Shown: positions 49,514 through 59,872, numbered from the stretch's first letter. The stretch: DNA of 64,000 nucleotides from Acidimicrobiia bacterium (GCA_965203555.1 CBDBCY010000004.1:1216001-1280000), one strand, 5' to 3'. Numbers and translations are program-made. Notes: generated by a model not told the origin, from the sequence alone.

Positions 49514-50847
49514 GTCCAAATCTCCTGTGCGACCACTCCCAAACCTTTGGCGACGGTTGTGAACGGTTCCCGGTCACGTATCTTGTCTGCTCCGAAAACC
49601 CGTTCCAGCATCGCTGCAAAGGAGAACAAACGCGATGAGCCTCCGGTGCGGAACACCGCCGTGACCTGGTCCGGGCCTATTCCCACTCTGTCCAACGCTT
49701 TGAGCATCTGATTTCGGATAGTACGCAGGTAGGGCTCGGTTAGCCGGTCGAGGTCGGTTCTGTTCAGTGGTATCGACAAGTCTCCCTGTGGAGGATGAAA
49801 CTCGATGGAGGTCATCGACCTCTCCGACAGTCTGATCTTCGCCCTCTCTATGGCCTTGTGAAACGGATGCGCCTGGCCCCCTCTCACAATGGCGTCCACC
49901 AGTGCGCCGGAACGCGGATTCAACTTTCTCAGTTGATTGAGGACATAGAAAGTGTGCCTGTTGGTCATCAAACCCCGGAAGCCGCTCCAACTGCCCAGGC
50001 TGTCTCTGAACCAGGTCGGTATGGACGGGTGGTCAAGCCCCAGTGAGGGCGCCACCTTGTCACGGAAGATCAACTGGTCGAAGATCGAACCTCCTATTCT
50101 GGCGCCTTCCATGCTCACCACCTCTCCCTCCTGACCGTCGACCTCCACCACCGCTATGTCGAACGTCCCTCCCCCGAAGTCGACAGCTACCGCGTAACCG
50201 TCCGGAATCACCGTATCGAGAGCGGCGGCGGCCGGCTCCGGATACAACTCCACCTCTGAGAATCCGGCTTCGTGTGCGGCCTCCTTCAGCCTGTCCTCCG
50301 CCAGTTGCTGCAGTTCTTCGAAGTCTTCCTCGGCGGTCCCGAAAAAGGCCACCGGATGTCCTATAACCACTCTGGTCACGTCCTGACCGGTTAACCGATC
50401 AGCGCGGCGTTTCAAATCTCTGATACCGATGGAGGCCAGTTGCTCCATGGTGAAGTCGATCGACCACGAATGGGTACTGCGGAAGAGATCGTTGGCGAAT
50501 TCGCTCTTGAGTTCACCCATCAGTCGTGAATCGAGACAACCTCCCCCGCGCTCGTACTGGCGGCAGTCACTACCCCACTTCCAACCCCTTCGACCATGTC
50601 TCTCCCGGACCACCAGAGCACAGTGCTCGCAACTGGTGCGCTGGTCACCGGTGATCGTGAACTGCTCCACCGCCCGGTCTCCCGCCATTCGAAGGCCATC
50701 TCGATGCAGATAGGTAATTGAAGGGACCGAGTTGGGCATGCCCGCGTCGATACCCAACCGCAACACCTCCACCCGGTGGGGATAGGCCACAGAGATGGAA
50801 CTGTTGGTCGTACCGTAGTCGATACCGTAAGCGAGAGGACTGTTCAC
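49510..50847 (-). CDS. Hsp70-family ATPase, YegD-like, with Cys-rich insertion
   Basis: GIDYGTTNS, VVIGHPV.F, EPAAAA, VDFGGGTFD, TGGSS, VAKGL; 445 aa with no substrate-binding domain. Confidence 0.88.
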   Translation of the reverse strand: MNSPLAYGIDYGTTNSSISVAYPHRVEVLRLGIDAGMPNSVPSITYLHRDGLRMAGDRAVEQFTITGDQRTSCEHCALVVRERHGRRGWKWGSDCRQYERGGGCLDSRLMGELKSEFANDLFRSTHSWSIDFTMEQLASIGIRDLKRRADRLTGQDVTRVVIGHPVAFFGTAEEDFEELQQLAEDRLKEAAHEAGFSEVELYPEPAAAALDTVIPDGYAVAVDFGGGTFDIAVVEVDGQEGEVVSMEGARIGGSIFDQLIFRDKVAPSLGLDHPSIPTWFRDSLGSWSGFRGLMTNRHTFYVLNQLRKLNPRSGALVDAIVRGGQAHPFHKAIERAKIRLSERSMTSIEFHPPQGDLSIPLNRTDLDRLTEPYLRTIRNQMLKALDRVGIGPDQVTAVFRTGGSSRLFSFAAMLERVFGADKIRDREPFTTVAKGLGVVAQEIWT

Positions 50848-53800
50848 TCCCCGACCACCAATGCCGCTGCCAGCAATCGAATGGAGAGGTCCGATGCTCT
50901 GCTTTCGATGTCCTGCACTCTGTGTCGCCGATCCTCTTCCAGTCCTGCCAGACGCCTTCGGTTCTTCGCCAACATGCCGCGCCGGGCCGGCAACACTCTC
51001 CTTTCCTGGGACGTACCGGTCTTTTCCTTCTCATCGATCCAAGCCCTCTCATCCCTGATCCTGTTCATCAAGCGAACCTTCTGATAGGTGTACATGCGCT
51101 CGGTTCTCTCCAATTCCTCCCGGCGCCATTTCTCTTGCAGTTCGAATACATGTTGGTCAGCCTCCAGCCTCTTGTCCGCGATCTTGCTCGCGCTTACATC
51201 GAAAGCCGCGCCCAGCCACTCGGGCGTTTCTCCCTCCATCCAGGCACCTCCCACCTGGGGCATCTCGGTAACCACTTCCTCTTCCACAGTCAGGTTTTTG
51301 CTCACCAGATGACGCACGAATACGCCGAAACGAGCCGGACCCTCGCCCTCCAGTGCATAGAACACTTCCAAGTAGGGACCTCCTTGCACTCCGCTGACCC
51401 GGCGGTGGCAGGCCAAAGGGCTGTGGGACTCCAATGGCATGCTCACTATTGCGTCGATCAGCCCGTGCCCGAAAGCAAAGAAGTCGAGATCCTCACGTTC
51501 CAGAGCCAATCGATAGTCGAAAACCCCTCGGTAAGACCGTTTGTCCCGTTTCAGGCGCCGCTGCAGCCCACCGGAGAGATAGATGCCAACCCCGCCCTTC
51601 TCATGATCCGTCATGTTTCCTCCGTAATACCGAAGAGTCATCCCCACATGGTTCGCCAGGTCGGAGAACTCAGCCATAACGCGTTTTTCCACCAATCGAT
51701 TGGCATGGTCTCTCCGGAAAGTGGACGGGTCCAGGGCAAAATATCTTCTTTCCTTTTCCAGCCTCCGAGACTCTTTGACTTTCTGCTCCCACTCCGAGGC
51801 GATGGCCTGGAAATCTTCCCGGCGATTCCCAGCTTTGCTCAATGCCATACGCTCGATCTCCTTACTTACATCGCCCAGAATGGGATCCAGCGGACCCACC
51901 GACTCCTCGAAGAGACCGATCCGATCCTCCAACACCTCCAGAATCCGCTCTTCCACTGTCCCCTGGCAGGCAAAGTTGTAGATCACCACCTCTCTTTTCT
52001 GGCCGATGCGGTCCAAGCGTCCGATCCGTTGCTCGACCTTCATCGGATTCCAAGGCAGGTCGTAGTTGAACATCACATGAGCGAACTGGAAGTTGCGTCC
52101 CTCCCCGCCAGCTTCGGTGGAGATCATGATCTGCGACCTGTCTCGGAATCGCCGCACAGTCTCGTCCTTGTGCTCCTGGCTCATGACACCGTTGAATATC
52201 TCCACTCCATATCCCTGGCTCTCGAGTGTCGCCTTCAAGAATGTCTGAGTGTCGAGAAACTGGGTGAAAACGAGGATCTTCTGATCCGGCTCTATCTCGT
52301 CTCGGAGAATACGCAGGAATTCTCTCGCTTTGGAGTCGCGAATCTTCCCCAGCCGGAACACAAGTTGTTCCAGCCGATCAATCTCAGCCCGCAGTTCCTC
52401 AGCCAATCCGGCGCGGGTTTCATGGTGATAGCGGTCTGCAACCGCGCTGAGTTCCCTGGGATCGGTCCAGTCATCGAGATCATCCTCGGTAGGACGGTTG
52501 TTTCCCCAGTCCGAGGCGGGCGACCCGAGCTTCTCGCGTAGTTTGGCGATGCGTTTGAGCAGGGCGCCGCGAATGGCGTTGGAACTGGAAGCCAGCATCT
52601 TCTGGTAGCTGACCATCACAAACCCAACCGCCTTGCGATCTTCTCTTTGCGCCAGGTCGTACTCGTCCCGGATGTAGTTGTTTACATCCTGATATATCCC
52701 GATCTCCTCGGGGAGCATTTCCACCCGCACCACTTGAGGACGGCGTTTGGTGAATCCTCCCACCTCGGACTTGCGGTTCCGGACCAGCGTCCTGCTAAGT
52801 GGGAACTCCCGCGACAAGTCTTCCAGGGCCCGTTCCCGGTGTTCTCTCCTGTCCAAGTCCAGGTCTTCCCCGCTCGGCAGTTGGATTTTGACGAACGACT
52901 GCGTTTCCCCTCGGTCAGAGGCGTTCACCTTCTCCCACTCCTGCAAGCACTTGGCTACCTTGGTGAGGTCGGGCAGCCATTGCCTGGCCGCCTCGTACTG
53001 TTCAAAGGACTCGAACAGACCGGGTTCCACCAACTCGATCAGGGAATACAGCTCAAATGGGTGGAGTTGCATCGGAGTGGCAGTGAGAAGCAACAGACCG
53101 TAGACTGTCTCCTTCAGTTCATCTGCCAGGCGATAGGCCTGGGTAGTAACTATCTTCTTGGTGCTCGGGAGGCTGCGGCGCACCTTGTGGGCCTCATCGA
53201 AAATCGCCATGTCCCAGCCTGCCTCCAGTATCTGCTGTGCCCGGTCGTTCCGCCGGGCCGTGTTCAAAGAACAGATGACATTGTCGTAAAGCCGCCACGG
53301 ATTCTCTCCACGTTTCTCCAAAGACTTGATCAAAGGACCATCCAAGACCTGGAATTCCTCGTTGAACTTGGAACTGAGTTCTTGACGCCACTGCCACTGG
53401 AGTGACGGAGGCACCACGATCAGCGCCCGCTCAACCATCTGCCGGGCGCGCAGTTCCTTGAGGATCATTCCGGCTTCTATGGTCTTGCCCAGCCCCACTT
53501 CGTCGGCCAAGATCATGCGGGGCCGGGTTTTGGAAAGCACTCGAAGGGCAGTCATCACCTGGTGGAAGGCCGGCTCGATGCGGGCGCTGGACAATCCAGC
53601 CATATCGTCGTAGCGGTAAGCGTGCTGCAGGTAGAGCGCCTGTATGGCAAGCCCGTATACCTCGGCTCTGCCGAGATCGTTCCGCAGCAGAGCCTGTTGC
53701 GGGTTTTCCGACACAGGTTGTAATGCTGTGCCATCCAGATAGAGGGTGCCGGTGGCAAAAGAAACCTCGTAGCCGAGGGGACTGCCGGCGCCAACAACCA

Positions 53801-53873
53801 CGCCTGTTTCTCCCCCGGCGACTCTCATCACCCGATCACCCACATGGAAGGTTTTCGACTCCGGTTTTGTCAT
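50844..53873 (-). CDS. SNF2-family helicase, RapA/DrmD-like (start may extend to 53930)
   Basis: ILADEVGLGKTIEAG, DEAH, LLLTATP, STEAGGEGRNFQ, NYDLPWNPMKVEQRIGRLDRIGQ; RapA-like FD..LAL.REDLDF..GH.L; C-terminal coiled coil. Confidence 0.9.
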   Translation of the reverse strand: MTKPESKTFHVGDRVMRVAGGETGVVVGAGSPLGYEVSFATGTLYLDGTALQPVSENPQQALLRNDLGRAEVYGLAIQALYLQHAYRYDDMAGLSSARIEPAFHQVMTALRVLSKTRPRMILADEVGLGKTIEAGMILKELRARQMVERALIVVPPSLQWQWRQELSSKFNEEFQVLDGPLIKSLEKRGENPWRLYDNVICSLNTARRNDRAQQILEAGWDMAIFDEAHKVRRSLPSTKKIVTTQAYRLADELKETVYGLLLLTATPMQLHPFELYSLIELVEPGLFESFEQYEAARQWLPDLTKVAKCLQEWEKVNASDRGETQSFVKIQLPSGEDLDLDRREHRERALEDLSREFPLSRTLVRNRKSEVGGFTKRRPQVVRVEMLPEEIGIYQDVNNYIRDEYDLAQREDRKAVGFVMVSYQKMLASSSNAIRGALLKRIAKLREKLGSPASDWGNNRPTEDDLDDWTDPRELSAVADRYHHETRAGLAEELRAEIDRLEQLVFRLGKIRDSKAREFLRILRDEIEPDQKILVFTQFLDTQTFLKATLESQGYGVEIFNGVMSQEHKDETVRRFRDRSQIMISTEAGGEGRNFQFAHVMFNYDLPWNPMKVEQRIGRLDRIGQKREVVIYNFACQGTVEERILEVLEDRIGLFEESVGPLDPILGDVSKEIERMALSKAGNRREDFQAIASEWEQKVKESRRLEKERRYFALDPSTFRRDHANRLVEKRVMAEFSDLANHVGMTLRYYGGNMTDHEKGGVGIYLSGGLQRRLKRDKRSYRGVFDYRLALEREDLDFFAFGHGLIDAIVSMPLESHSPLACHRRVSGVQGGPYLEVFYALEGEGPARFGVFVRHLVSKNLTVEEEVVTEMPQVGGAWMEGETPEWLGAAFDVSASKIADKRLEADQHVFELQEKWRREELERTERMYTYQKVRLMNRIRDERAWIDEKEKTGTSQERRVLPARRGMLAKNRRRLAGLEEDRRHRVQDIESRASDLSIRLLAAALVVGE

Positions 53874-53990
53874 TTGGTATCGCGAGGTTACAACGACAGG
53901 TGTGACACTTGAGGACGGCCGCCCTGTCATCGGGCAGTTCTCGCCGTCGAATTTGCCTGCTCTACAGAGGGATCTCCCGCCCGGGTTCTA

Positions 53991-54713
53991 TCAGCCCGAA
54001 GATTCCACTCCCAGGAGCCGTCGCTGCGCCTCGGGGTCGTTGAGGAGTTGGTCGGGTTCCATCTCGGCGGCTATTCGCCCTGAGACCATCACCAAGTGGC
54101 GTTGGGCGATCTCCGACGCCACTCCCAGGTTCTGTTCGACCAGCAGGACCGCGTGTCCCTCTTCCACCAGTGTCCGGCAGGTGTCGATCAACTGCTCTAT
54201 GATGGTGGGCGCCAGTCCCTCGGACGGCTCGTCCATGATCAAAAGCGGCGCATTGAGCAGAAGCGCGCGGCCGATGGCCAGCATCTGCTGCTCCCCTCCG
54301 GAGAGTCTCGTCCCCTTCACGTTTTTGCGCTCCACCAAGCGGGGGAAGAGGTCGTACACCGCACTTGGAGTCCACCGTTGACCCTTGGTGCCCTTGGCTA
54401 GCATCATCAAATGCTCGTCAACGCTCAGCGAGGCGAACAGCCGGCGGCCCTGGGGAACATACCCGATGCCGCGTTCTGCGATGTGGTGGGGCTTTCTCCC
54501 GGTCAGTTCGTGACCGGCCAGGCGAATCGAGCCGGAACGGGCCGCCACCAGTCCCATGATGGTGCGGCACAAGGTGGTCTTCCCCATGCCGTTGCGACCG
54601 ACCACCGCTACGGCTTCGGCGCCCACCTGGAAGGAGACGCCGTGGAGGACCTGTGCAGCCCCGTACCCGGAAACGAGGTTCTCGACTTCCAGAAGGGGTC
54701 TGCTATCAGCCAT
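53991..54713 (-). CDS. Liv-type ABC transporter ATP-binding protein (LivF-like)
   Basis: GRNGMGKTT, LSGGEQQMLAIGRAL, DEPSEGLAP. Confidence 0.92.
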   Translation of the reverse strand: MADSRPLLEVENLVSGYGAAQVLHGVSFQVGAEAVAVVGRNGMGKTTLCRTIMGLVAARSGSIRLAGHELTGRKPHHIAERGIGYVPQGRRLFASLSVDEHLMMLAKGTKGQRWTPSAVYDLFPRLVERKNVKGTRLSGGEQQMLAIGRALLLNAPLLIMDEPSEGLAPTIIEQLIDTCRTLVEEGHAVLLVEQNLGVASEIAQRHLVMVSGRIAAEMEPDQLLNDPEAQRRLLGVESSG

Positions 54714-54719
54714 TTTCGT

Positions 54720-55475
54720 CTATCTCCGACCCAGATAGATATCGTGAACAAGCTGGTTGGCGCGAATCTCATCCGGGGTGCCTTCGGCCACTGTCAATCC
54801 CTCGTGCATCACCACCACCCGCTCGGCGACTTCCAGCGCCACGTCCATGTCATGTTCGATAAGCATCAACGTGATGCTGCGATCCAGCGCCAGCAGCAAC
54901 TCGGTGAGCCGCTCCCGCTCGGCACTCGACAGACCGGATGCCGGTTCGTCAAGCAACAGCAACGAAGGATCGGTGACCATGGCCATGGCAACCTCCAACT
55001 GACGTTGCTCGCCGTGGGAGAGATCTGCCACCATGGATCCCAGCTTGTCATCGAGCCAGACTTCGGCCGCCGCCTGCTGGGCGTGTTGCCGGTAGCCCTC
55101 ATCCGATCCCTTGTGAAACATCCGAAGACGTCCCCCGCCTTTGCCCGCAGCCGCCACAAACAGATTGTCCGCCACGGTCAGACCCCCGAAGAGCCGGGTT
55201 TGCTGGTAGGTCCTGGCCACTCCGAGGCCGGGCCGTACCCGGGACGGAGCGGTGCTCACATCCAGGTCACCAATGACGACCTGGCCTTCGGTGGGAGCGA
55301 AGTCACCGGAGATCACGTTGAACAGGGTGGTCTTTCCCGCCCCGTTCGGTCCGAGAATTCCCAGGCGCTCGCCCTGCGTGACGTCCAAGTCAACGCCACG
55401 CAGGGCATGCACGCCTCCAACGATCACCTCAATCCCGCGCAGTCGCAGGATCGGAGTTCCGTTGGTCTCGTTCAT
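54720..55475 (-). CDS. Liv-type ABC transporter ATP-binding protein (LivG-like)
   Basis: GPNGAGKTT, LSHGEQRQLE, LLDEPASG, IEHDM. Confidence 0.92.
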   Translation of the reverse strand: MNETNGTPILRLRGIEVIVGGVHALRGVDLDVTQGERLGILGPNGAGKTTLFNVISGDFAPTEGQVVIGDLDVSTAPSRVRPGLGVARTYQQTRLFGGLTVADNLFVAAAGKGGGRLRMFHKGSDEGYRQHAQQAAAEVWLDDKLGSMVADLSHGEQRQLEVAMAMVTDPSLLLLDEPASGLSSAERERLTELLLALDRSITLMLIEHDMDVALEVAERVVVMHEGLTVAEGTPDEIRANQLVHDIYLGRR

Positions 55476-55504
55476 GTTCTTACTCGGTCAGTTCCTTCCT
55501 CGTC

Positions 55505-57007
55505 CTAGCTCTGGGGAACGCCGTCGACCACCGGAATCGAGTTGCCGATCCAGGGCAGGTCACGCTCCTCACAGGTGGGAACCTCACGCCCGGGCGGGTC
55601 GATGTCCGGAGTGAAAGCGCCGCCGAAGCTCTGATCCACACCGGGGATCACCGCAACGGTGGTCAACCCGAGCGAACCGTCGTCGTTGGCGACGATCTGG
55701 CGGACATAGGAGTCCACGATCGCCTGGCGGTTGCTGTCCAAGGAGATCGGACCGTAGGGGCCTTCGACGGTCAAGCCACCGAGTGCCGCCTGCAGAGCCT
55801 GATGATCATCGGAGATGTCTCCGCCGACCTGCTCCAGTGCCTGGATGAGCGCCTTGGCGGCCACGAAGTAGTTCACCAGGAATCCGGAGTGGGCCTGGAG
55901 GGCTGCGGGCGTCATGTTTCCACCGGGATCGGGGAAATCATCGAAGTGACGATCCAGGATGGCGGTGTGCTCGCCAACCGAGTCCAGGGCGAGGTCGGCA
56001 GCAGTGCCGAATCCGCCGACATAGGCGCCGGCCATGCCAGGATCGAACGCTCCGACCGCGAACTCCCAGAACAAGTTACCCATGTGTTGCTCAGGGTTGA
56101 GTTCACCCTTGGCGTCCTCGAAGGCCTTGAGCGAGGGGATGGTTCCGGTTCCGCCGACCACCCAGAAGTACCCGTCGACCTCATCGGGGTCGGGGAGCTG
56201 GGCGGCGAACGACGAATAGTCGGTGGTGTTGAGCGGCGGGAAGACCCGCGAGGTCACATCACCGCCGGCCGCGCAGAACTCGGCGATAAAGCCGGCCGCG
56301 GAGGTCCAGCCGAAGCTGTAGTCGTCCATGACCACGGCCGCGGTCTCCCATCCGAGCACGTTCTTGGCGTAGTCGCCGGTACCGGCGTTCCACTGAGCTC
56401 CGTCACCGTTGTACCGGAAGAAGTTGGGAGCCTGGACGTGCATAGTGGTGTCCAGGGCGCCAGCCGTTCCGTTGATGAAGGTCTGGGTGGGATGGTCCTT
56501 GGCGTAGTTGGCCACCGCGATGGACTCGTCACCCGACAGCGGGCCGATCATGATGTCGGCGCCGATCTGCTCCATCAGGCGGCGGGTCTCTTCGATGGCC
56601 TTATCAGCGGTGTCGTCGGCACAACCGATACCCACCAACTCGACGGGGACCCCGGCAACCGAGGCGCCGGTGAAGCCGTCGGTCGGCTTATTGGGATTGG
56701 TGACGGTAGCGCCTGCAAACTCGGCGAACGCCGCGACGACGCCGGCCAGGTCCTGGTCGTGGAAACCTCCGAACGCTCCTTCGCAGTCGGACAGCACGGC
56801 CAGGTTGATGACCTCGGTGCCCATCATCTCCTCTTCCATCTCCTCCTCCGGCTCAGGGGCGGCCGCAGTGGTGGTGGGAGCGGCGGTGGTAGTGGGAGCG
56901 GCGGTGGTAGTGGCAGTCTCCTCCTCGCCTCCGCAGGCGGCGGCGATCAGAGCAATAACAGCTGCCAGTATCGCCAGCCTCATTACTTTTGACTTACGAA
57001 AAGACAT
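55505..57007 (-). CDS. Liv-type ABC transporter substrate-binding lipoprotein
   Basis: Lipobox IAAACG, TTTAAP linker repeats, GPLSGDE, DDYSFG, DYSS. Confidence 0.88.
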   Translation of the reverse strand: MSFRKSKVMRLAILAAVIALIAAACGGEEETATTTAAPTTTAAPTTTAAAPEPEEEMEEEMMGTEVINLAVLSDCEGAFGGFHDQDLAGVVAAFAEFAGATVTNPNKPTDGFTGASVAGVPVELVGIGCADDTADKAIEETRRLMEQIGADIMIGPLSGDESIAVANYAKDHPTQTFINGTAGALDTTMHVQAPNFFRYNGDGAQWNAGTGDYAKNVLGWETAAVVMDDYSFGWTSAAGFIAEFCAAGGDVTSRVFPPLNTTDYSSFAAQLPDPDEVDGYFWVVGGTGTIPSLKAFEDAKGELNPEQHMGNLFWEFAVGAFDPGMAGAYVGGFGTAADLALDSVGEHTAILDRHFDDFPDPGGNMTPAALQAHSGFLVNYFVAAKALIQALEQVGGDISDDHQALQAALGGLTVEGPYGPISLDSNRQAIVDSYVRQIVANDDGSLGLTTVAVIPGVDQSFGGAFTPDIDPPGREVPTCEERDLPWIGNSIPVVDGVPQS

Positions 57008-57033
57008 TCTTTCTCCTTTCTTATCTTTCTATT

Positions 57034-58122
57034 TCAACCAGTTGTGGTCGTTTCCTGTGGTTCCCCGAGCTTATCCCCGGGGGGTTCCCGACCGGAGGCC
57101 GGGCGGAAGATGCGTTTCAATAGCTTTCCGAAACTGCTTCCCAGTCCCATGAGACCGTCGGGGGAAGCCAGTACGATCACCAAAAAGATCACACCCACCA
57201 GGGTGTTGAACCGATCCTCGGTGATCCCGATCTTGTCGACCAACGGCACCGATCTGACGTAGTTGTTCACCACCACATAGATGAACGCTCCCACCCAGGC
57301 GCCCTCCAGCCGGTTCATGCCGCCGATGACCGCGATTATCAAAAGAGCCAGTATCTCTCCGATTCCTATCGAAGCAGGATCGATCTGGCGGTTCCACCAC
57401 ACGTTGAGCACCCCTGCCAGAGATGCGACGAACCCACCCAGCACGAAGGCAAGAGCGCGGTGCATAACCAGGTTGTATCCCAAGGCGCTCATCCTCACCG
57501 GGTCATCGCGAATTCCCTGCAGCGCCAGGCCGAAGGGAGTTCGGGTGACATAGCGCAGCAGCATGTAACTGAATACCGATACAGCCAGTGCCGCGTAGTA
57601 CAGGCTTACCGGATGTTCCCCCGGTTCCCCGATGAAGTCGGGCGCCACGATCTGATTGATGCCGCCAAAGCCCGAGAAGGTAGTGACCTGCCCGAAGAAG
57701 TAAAACCCGATCACACCGAAAGTGAGCGTGATCATCAAGTAATACAGACCCGTCGAGCGGCTCGCCACCAGACCAAGGATGAACGCCAGCACTGTTGTGA
57801 AAACGATTCCGATCGCCACCCCCACCCAGGGATTGAGGCCCAGGTTCAGTCCTTTGCTCCCCCCCTGCGTGACGGCATTCCCGATCGCGAAGCCTGCGAA
57901 CCCGTACATGAGAGTCTGGGCCAGGGAGATCATCCCCCCGTAGGCGGCCAGGAAAATCAGACTGGCGGCGGCGATTCCCAGCCAAAGAGTCTGGGTGAGG
58001 ACAAAGCTGACAAAGAAAGTGGTGGAGAAGGCCGGCGCCAATATCAACACGACTAGGACAACCAACAGCATTGCTCGTTCGGGGGTGAACTTGATCAAAC
58101 GAGAGGGTGATCGCAAGGTCAT
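57034..58122 (-). CDS. Liv-type ABC transporter permease (LivM-like)
   Basis: YGGMISLAQ, YYLMITL, TPFGLALQGIRD, VIGG; ATGA overlap with upstream gene. Confidence 0.9.
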   Translation of the reverse strand: MTLRSPSRLIKFTPERAMLLVVLVVLILAPAFSTTFFVSFVLTQTLWLGIAAASLIFLAAYGGMISLAQTLMYGFAGFAIGNAVTQGGSKGLNLGLNPWVGVAIGIVFTTVLAFILGLVASRSTGLYYLMITLTFGVIGFYFFGQVTTFSGFGGINQIVAPDFIGEPGEHPVSLYYAALAVSVFSYMLLRYVTRTPFGLALQGIRDDPVRMSALGYNLVMHRALAFVLGGFVASLAGVLNVWWNRQIDPASIGIGEILALLIIAVIGGMNRLEGAWVGAFIYVVVNNYVRSVPLVDKIGITEDRFNTLVGVIFLVIVLASPDGLMGLGSSFGKLLKRIFRPASGREPPGDKLGEPQETTTTG

Positions 58123-59180
58123 TCCGGCCGTCCGAACAAACCATAGGGCCGCCATGCCAGGACCGCGGCCAGCAGCACGAAGGTGAAGATCACCGAATAG
58201 TGCGTGAAATCAGCAGGCAGGTAGGCGGGAGCGAAAGCGGTGACCAGACCCAGAAGTAAAGAACCGGCCATAGCGCCCACCAGCGAGCCCATTCCACCCA
58301 CGATCACCACGATGATCGAGTTGAGCAACCATTGACCGTCCACTCCGGGCGCCAGGCTGGCGAAGGATCCTCCCATCACACCTCCGATCCCAGCCAGGGC
58401 CGACCCCACCAGAAAGGCCAGGGCGAACACCACTTGCACGTTGATCCCCAGCGCCTGCACCATGGCAGTGTCGTCAACACCGGCACGAATCACCATTCCG
58501 GTGCGGGTCTTGTGCAACCACAACCACAGGGCCACGCCCACCACTATGGCGGTGAACAGCATGAACAGCCGCGGCACCGAATACCGGAAGTCGAACACGA
58601 TCAGGAAGTGATCCAAGAGGGCCGGCCACCTGATGTCCTTGGCGAGACCGCCGAAGTGCGTCAGCATCTGGTCGGCCAGGATCACGGAGATGGCAATGGT
58701 GATCAGGGTCTCGCGCATGTCCTGTCCCTGAAACCACCGCAGGAAAACCTGCTGGGTGATCAATCCGATGATGCCCGCCACCGCCGCCGCCAGGGCGAGG
58801 GGGACCAACCATCTGAGAGCGCTCACCTCCGAACTGGAGATATTCCCGCTCTTTCCCACCATGAACCTCTGGAACTCCAGAGCCACATACCCGCCCAGCA
58901 GGAAGAAGGACCCATGAGCCAGGTTCACCACCCTCATCAGGCCGAAAATCAGAGTGAACCCGGCCGCCACGATGAAATAGAGCCCGGCGATTGTGAGGGC
59001 GTTGAGCAGCGTCGAGAGGAAGTCTCTCGGCTCGTGTATCAACGGCCCGGCCGGGGTGCCGGTTGCCAGAACCAGCACCCAGGCTGCGATCAGGGCCAGC
59101 AGAAGCAGGCCGATGCCAAGACCCACCCACTGCAGGGGGGATCTTTGCTTCGAGCTGCGCGTTGAGGCCCTGGTAACCAA
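58119..59180 (-). CDS. Liv-type ABC transporter permease (LivH-like)
   Basis: GFTLIFGLMRVVNLAHG, TRTGMVIRA, IVGGMGS, RPYGLFG. Confidence 0.92.
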   Translation of the reverse strand: MVTRASTRSSKQRSPLQWVGLGIGLLLLALIAAWVLVLATGTPAGPLIHEPRDFLSTLLNALTIAGLYFIVAAGFTLIFGLMRVVNLAHGSFFLLGGYVALEFQRFMVGKSGNISSSEVSALRWLVPLALAAAVAGIIGLITQQVFLRWFQGQDMRETLITIAISVILADQMLTHFGGLAKDIRWPALLDHFLIVFDFRYSVPRLFMLFTAIVVGVALWLWLHKTRTGMVIRAGVDDTAMVQALGINVQVVFALAFLVGSALAGIGGVMGGSFASLAPGVDGQWLLNSIIVVIVGGMGSLVGAMAGSLLLGLVTAFAPAYLPADFTHYSVIFTFVLLAAVLAWRPYGLFGRPE

Positions 59181-59185
59181 GCGAC

Positions 59186-59800
59186 TCAGCCGAGAGCCGA
59201 TATCACCGCATCCACATTGGTTACGGTCGACACGTTCTGAAGGGCATAGTTGATCGAAGCGTTGTGCCAGTCGGCATTCATGGTCGAGCAGCCATCTTCG
59301 GGGACGACCATGTAATAGCCCTTGTCGGCGCCGGTACGCGCCGTGTGCTCCACCGACATGTTGGTCCAGGCGCCGGTCACGATCACGGTGTCACGGCCCA
59401 AGCCCCTGAGCAGCGACTCCATCCTGGTTCCCTGCCAGGCGCTCATCCGCATCTTCTCGACGATCAGGTCGCCTTCCTGGGGCTCCAGGCCCTCGGCGGG
59501 CGCCGCTCCCCAACTTCCTCTCACCAAGCCGTTGGTACCCACCACGCCTTCGAACAGGGGGGCGTTGAGCTTGAGACCCGGAGCGCCTTCTTCGACTATG
59601 TACCAGACATGCATGACCGGCACGCCCTTGGCCCGGCAGACGTCGGCCAACCTCATAACGTTGGCCACCACGTTCTGCTCCCGGGCGTGATCGGGAGACC
59701 CGGTCTCCGCGAAAGCGCCCCCGTCGATCATCACGTCGTTCTGCAGATCCTGGATGACCAGCGCGCAACGGCTGGCATCCAGGGTGAAATCATCGCTCAT
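59186..59800 (-). CDS. Cysteine hydrolase/isochorismatase family protein
   Basis: ALVIQDLQND, VEK.R.SA, TG..TNMSVEHTAR..ADKGY. Confidence 0.88.
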   Translation of the reverse strand: MSDDFTLDASRCALVIQDLQNDVMIDGGAFAETGSPDHAREQNVVANVMRLADVCRAKGVPVMHVWYIVEEGAPGLKLNAPLFEGVVGTNGLVRGSWGAAPAEGLEPQEGDLIVEKMRMSAWQGTRMESLLRGLGRDTVIVTGAWTNMSVEHTARTGADKGYYMVVPEDGCSTMNADWHNASINYALQNVSTVTNVDAVISALG

Positions 59801-59872
59801 GTTCCTATTCCTTTCCTCTTTCGCAAACCTCTCAGCCCTTCCCACAGGGTGGCTGACAGACCAAGACGGGGA

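Noticed and set aside
50718-52541. 607 aa plus-strand ORF and other long antisense ORFs (e.g. 3648-5021, 28555-30078, 34026-35468)
   Set aside because: Opposite well-supported genes; expected in high-GC DNA; no motifs
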